This document shows positions 59,197 to 64,000 of a stretch of 64,000 nt of DNA, piece by piece. The position numbers and the translations under genes were made by a program. The notes beneath the pieces are model-generated. The model saw only the letters and a list, made by a program, of their open reading frames with translations, searched no databases and was not told the origin of the DNA. The stretch is from Rhynchopus sp. YZ270_cl-10. Taxonomy: Eukaryota. Within the stretch, counting starts at the first letter, position 1. Each line of letters starts with the position of its first letter. The stretch covers positions 186,001 to 250,000 of the forward strand of contig OZ037846.1 in the NCBI GenBank assembly GCA_964035575.1, written 5' to 3'.

Positions 59197-61929
59197 TCAA
59201 GAAGGAGACTCCCAGCAGTTCGAGTGTACTACTTCTGTTAAGGGGTTTGCGGAACAACTCTTTGAGTAGAGCAACACAACACTGCACGTCCCAGAAGGAA
59301 CTGCGTGTGCTGGTGTGCCAACCCCTCCCGCAGCTGTCCATGCCTCAGCAACGTCAAGGTCAGACTGCTCACCACGCAGGTACCCACGCACGGCAATGTT
59401 GTACTCCTCCCAATGCTTCTTCCCACCTATCATGTACATCCACTCGTCAACTGCTTCTGCTGCATCACTTAGCTGAGACATCACTTCCGCCACAACCTGT
59501 GCCTCACAGCCAGAGGCAACCTCCACCTTGCACGGAAGCAGACGCAGCTGGTGTTCGCACTCAGCATCGCTGAAGCACATCCTGTTGCACACCACATCAC
59601 ACCCCAGCATGCGCCCCACACGTTCCAGCCCGTTCACATCACGCACAAGCTCCCCCACCATGCTGAACCGACGCATCACCTCACAACCCATGTCACCACG
59701 CAGCACCTTCCCAGACGCAACACCAGCATTCACCTTCTCACAAAAGCTGCTCGCACCCTTCAGAAGCAGGCTTGCTGCGTGCAGTGCAGATGTGGCATGT
59801 GTCGCACACTGCTTCGAGGCGTTGAACGAACAGTGGATCCTGTCCCCGATGAACACGTCCACCATCCCACGTCTTGTCTCTGTTGCCTGCAGGGTCTTCA
59901 GGAGGAGAGTGGTGAAGAAAGAGGAGTAGGTCGCACTGTCCTTCTCCAGCAAATGCAGGGTGTCCTTCACGTTCAGTGTCAGCAGGGTTGTCTTCACCGA
60001 GGACAGACCCAGTGGCAGGCACACTGGCAAGTTCTCATTTCTCGTATGTGAGGACTCTGTGGATGTATCTGCTGTCTCTGTCACGTCGCCCACTTCGCTC
60101 TCTAAGTCCACCTTGTCCACCTCATCCTGAAACGGCAGACACGTCTTCGGGAGGTACGCTTTGTACATGCGCAGGTTCTTCTCCAGTCTCCACAGGGCAG
60201 CAGTCATCCCCTCAGGCAGGTCACCCCCATGCACGTCCAGCATCTCCGCCACCTGCTCCACGTCGTACCCCGCAAGAAGCGACGCAATCTCCTGCACAAC
60301 GCTGATCGTGCGCCTCATTGACTCCTGCTCCTTCAGCACGTTCTGCGCAAACCTGCGTGTCACGAAGAAGTCGATCAGGAAGACAGCAATGGCGGGAATG
60401 GCGCCAAGTGGGGGAAATGATTTCTTGCAGGGAAGGAACTCGCAGTCAGTTTCGCTCCTGAATTTCTCTCTCCTGCTGTGTTCACCTTCGTACGGTGGCA
60501 ACCCAGGAAGGTCAAACAAGCCAAACCTGAAGGATTCCTCACATGCCATCAGGAGAAGCCACACCACTATCATAGCAACGAAGCCTGCACTGTACCGTGC
60601 TGCGACTTGCATCACAAGCAACATGTCCACACCCAGAATCAGAATTGGCCAACTAGAATAACTACAGTCCCGCCTCTAATTAGTGAATTTCTAATTTATA
60701 AATTCGACCAAATCTGAAAATATTTAATTAGCGACTTTATAAATTAGAACGTCACTAATTAAGATTTTATAAATTAGCTTGTCCACCCAAATCCCAGTCT
60801 GAATCTCTACAAGACTATCTGCATCTTTCTCTCCGACCATCATGTCTGTCTCCACCACGGAATGAACGGAAAAAATGAAAGAAATATGCCGAAGATGTGA
60901 CCCTCGTCGAGCAGGCTGTCCTCACCGCCCCGGAGATTGTCACCATCACAGACAACGCCATGGCGGATGACAGAGAAGTTGAAAGTGCCAGCCTCACCGT
61001 TCATCGGCGGACGCAGGCACTGATGACAGACCGCACGCTGATGTGATGGCGTGGTGGAATGACGCTCACCCAGGACGCCATATTTCTGCTCCCACCATCT
61101 CCAAGTACAAAACCCACAAAAAGAGAGCGGTTCGTACTTCACCCAAGGCTCTTTTGAACCCCGAGGAGCTGAAGAGGTTTCTCAACCTTACGGGGATGAC
61201 CCGCAAGTTCAACAGCCAACCGATTTGCGTCGCTTGCGAGGGGGATGGTGGTGAAGACGAGGCGGGACACGCCTCGGTGTAACCGACTCCTGGTGCCAGG
61301 TCTTTTCATCTCGTGGGCGAAATAGACCATGGAGGTGAACGGCATGCGCGTCCGCACAGCCACCACCGACCGCACCGTTTTTTACCTCCGTGTATCACTG
61401 ATTACACACCTCCTTTTCCACATATTCCTCCAACAGAACCCGCACAAACCCGTCGTCACTTGTGCAGGCAAAAAAATTTTTTTCGGCTCCGCCGGGGAAA
61501 ATAAATTCAATAACTTAGTATTCCCCCCCGAAAAATAAATTAATTCACGACTTTATAAATTAGAACGTCACTAATTAGGATTTTATAAAATAAAACGCTA
61601 TTAATAATAGGCGGGACTGTAAGTGCACGTGTGTCCAAGTCCCATATGAATATACAAATGCCGAACAAGTACAACATACCCACCACGAACCTGGTGTGCA
61701 GTTGCTGCTTGCAGAGCACCTTACCAACCACAATCCAGCAGCCAATGTTGAATACACTCACCCCTATCATATTAAGGGTGCGTCCTTGTCGGTAGTACCC
61801 GTATGACCAGGAAGTGAAGAGATTCCCGACAGTTGAGGCCACACAGAACACAAACATGATGGTGCGCTTCTTCACCTCGTCAGCACTAAGAGACCCGTCA
61901 ATGGTCAGTGCGCTGTTCAGGCACCGCAT
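59197..61929 (-). pseudogene. Pseudo-cyclase, copy 3, interrupted by a Tc1/mariner-type insertion
   Basis: 5' part 61929-61620 and 3' part 60664-59197 restore the paralogous reading frame (ALSYSSWP) when the insertion and one TA are removed. Confidence 0.85.
60665..61619. mobile_element. Non-autonomous Tc1/mariner (pogo-like) element, 955 bp
   Basis: TA TSD (60663-64, 61620-21); termini CAGTCCCGCCT / AGGCGGGACTG; subterminal TTTATAAATTAG repeats; empty site visible in paralogs. Confidence 0.9.
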
Positions 61930-63311
61930 CGTTGGGCTTTTGATCCTCACAAACCTTTGCTATGTGTGGAGCAGGGGTGTGTGGATGTGTGTTGTGTGCA
62001 CTGGTGGGTGGTGTGGGTTCAGTGTTGGGAGATGGACGTAACCACCACGCTAAATATGCCTCCTGCACCTCATCCTGAAACGGCAGACACGTCTTCGGAG
62101 GTACGCTTTGCACCTCCTCGGGTTGTTCTCGCCAAGGTCAGAATGTGTAACTAGGAAGGTACCCACGCACCACTGTGTTGTGCTGCTCCCTTTCTTCTCA
62201 TCTGTGCAGCTGCTGACTACCAATGTGTGGACCTAGGTGGGTGTCCGTGTCTCTGGAGGGGGGAGGAAAAAAACTGTGTACTGAGTATTCGTCTTGCTTT
62301 CATCTGAGATAACCGTTCCCCCCACAGCTTAATGTCGGGAGGGCCTTCCTTAATGTTTAACTACCTCCCCCACCGCCCCCCACCCCTCCTTATTATTTGC
62401 CTTGTACTTTCCGAGGCAAGAGCAAGGCCGCTCACACCCTCCCCAACGTTGCAAGTATCCCCTTCTCCAATTCAAGGCAACACAACTGTTGCTTTCCCCC
62501 TCGTTCCCGTACATAATGCATACTGTGAAGAGGCTAAGGGTAGAAGAACACAGAGGAAGGAAATGCTTGTACTACAGGGAAGTCATGTAGCTGTAAAACT
62601 GCATGTGGTAGCCAGTAAAGAATAGGCATAACGGTGAACAATATAGGTTGCAACAGTGCGCCATCTGACCGCACAATGGTATCTACTTCTTCACCTCCCC
62701 GAACCGCCACCCAGCTGTCTTGAAAAAAACTGTATTTGCCGATGCAGGCAGACCCACGTACGATGCCAGCCATCCGGATGAAAGCACAAAGGACCCTGCG
62801 GCCTACAACAGTAGATGTAAAAAGGAAACCTAATGACTTGCCCCTTGAAGAAAGAAGTGGCAAAGGCAAAGCGAAAAAAACAGACACCCTCCTTTCCCGA
62901 CTTTTTGTGGGCAAAAATCTTTTTTCCCCTCCCGACCCCCCAAAGGTTTCTGCAGGGAAATAATTTAAAGTAGTTTCCTTCCTTGCTTTCGTGTTTTTGT
63001 ATTCTTTATCCATGTGGGTCTCCCCCCAGTGGACCGGGAGGGACCCCGCTCTGCCGTGGCAGTCGTGGTTAGCGTTGTCATGTTTGTCTGTAGCACACAA
63101 GTAAGAAGAGCAACTCTAGCTCTCATTGGCGTCTGTTTCTCAAGCGTTTATGTCACTGCTCCACTCTTGTGGGCTGCCGTTAAATTGAAGGGCCCTCATC
63201 ATTTACCAGGCAGCACACCTGCTCTTACATAAGCCACGGTATGTACTCATTACGCGACGTACGAACGCGGTTAGTAACAGATGTTGTGCAGTTCCAGTGC
63301 AATATTTCTGA

Positions 63312-64000
63312 TCAGGAATTTGGTAAGCAACTCTTTGAGTAGAGCAACACAACACTGCACGTCCCAGAAGGAACTGCGTGTGCTGGTGTGCCAACCCCTC
63401 CCGCAGCTGTCCATGCCTCAGCAACGTCAAGGTCAGACTGCTCACCACGCAGGTACCCACGCACGGTATTGTTGTACTGCTGCCAATGCTTCTTCCCACC
63501 TATCATGTACATCCACTCGTCAACAACTGCTCCTGGATCACTTAGCTGAGCCATCACTTCCGCCACAACCTGTGCCTCACAGCCAGAGGCAACCTCCACC
63601 TTGCACGGAAGCAGACGCAGTTGGTGTTCGCACTCAGCATCGCTGAAGCACATCCTGTTGCACACCACATCACACCCCAGCATACGCCCCACACGTTCCA
63701 GCCCGTTCACATCACGCACAAGCTCCCCCACCATGCTGAACCGACGCATCACCTCACAACCCATGTCACCACGCAGCACCTTCCCAGTCGCAACACCAGC
63801 ATTCACCTTCTCACAAAAGCTGCTCGCACCCTTCAGAAGCAGGCTTGCTGCGTGCAGTGCAGATGTGGCATGTGTCGCACACTGCTTCGAGGCGTTGAAC
63901 GAACAGTGGATCCTGTCCCCGATGAACACGTCCACCATCCCACGTCTTGTCTCTGTTGCCTGCAGGGTCTTCAGGAGGAGAGTGGTGAAGAAGGAGGAGT
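63312..64000 (-). CDS. Pseudo-cyclase, copy 4 (3' part; gene continues beyond window)
   Basis: Near-identical C-terminal half of the paralogs. Confidence 0.85.
   Translation of the reverse strand, partial: SSFFTTLLLKTLQATETRRGMVDVFIGDRIHCSFNASKQCATHATSALHAASLLLKGASSFCEKVNAGVATGKVLRGDMGCEVMRRFSMVGELVRDVNGLERVGRMLGCDVVCNRMCFSDAECEHQLRLLPCKVEVASGCEAQVVAEVMAQLSDPGAVVDEWMYMIGGKKHWQQYNNTVRGYLRGEQSDLDVAEAWTAAGGVGTPAHAVPSGTCSVVLLYSKSCLPNS

Noticed and set aside
60665..61619. Mariner-like insertion acting as a self-removing (introner-like) intron
   Set aside because: Using the terminal GT and the flanking AG leaves +1 nt and an immediate stop
1..64000. tRNA, rRNA or spliced-leader RNA genes
   Set aside because: None recognised by eye; a covariance-model scan would be needed to exclude them

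Overview
Eukaryotic (protist) nuclear DNA, most consistent with a euglenozoan, probably a diplonemid (inference). All recognisable host genes lie on the minus strand in one directional array, several have canonical GT-AG introns with CA-rich acceptors, and the gene families fit this group (trypanosome-type receptor adenylate cyclases, an amastin/claudin-like protein). Host genes: a catalytically intact membrane adenylate cyclase, a penicillin V acylase/bile-salt-hydrolase-family Ntn hydrolase with a triplicated 5' end, a 4-exon CLC channel/antiporter, two membrane proteins, a large ARM-repeat protein, a DBP3-like DEAD-box helicase, two peroxisomal multifunctional beta-oxidation enzymes (PTS1 AKL) and a tandem array of pseudo-cyclases. 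The outstanding feature is an apparently intact 5,009-bp tyrosine-recombinase retrotransposon (gag-YR-RT/RNaseH, split direct repeats A1...B1-A2-B2, VIPER/TATE/Ngaro-like layout). It sits without a TSD inside a 9-bp (TACTGTGTA)n satellite, which is itself cargo of a small TGG...CCA, 5-bp-TSD DNA transposon. An unoccupied copy of the same satellite with the same flank lies in a second TGG...CCA element at 9.8-10.6 kb. The retroelement has gag and RT in one frame separated by a single TGA-C codon, an inverted repeat that exists only across the B/A junction, and a non-canonical RT motif (WIDG). Intergenic and intronic DNA is dense with non-autonomous DNA transposons identified by TIRs and TSDs (MULE-, hAT- and Tc1/mariner-like, and others). 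All analysis was done by eye; no database searches were run.
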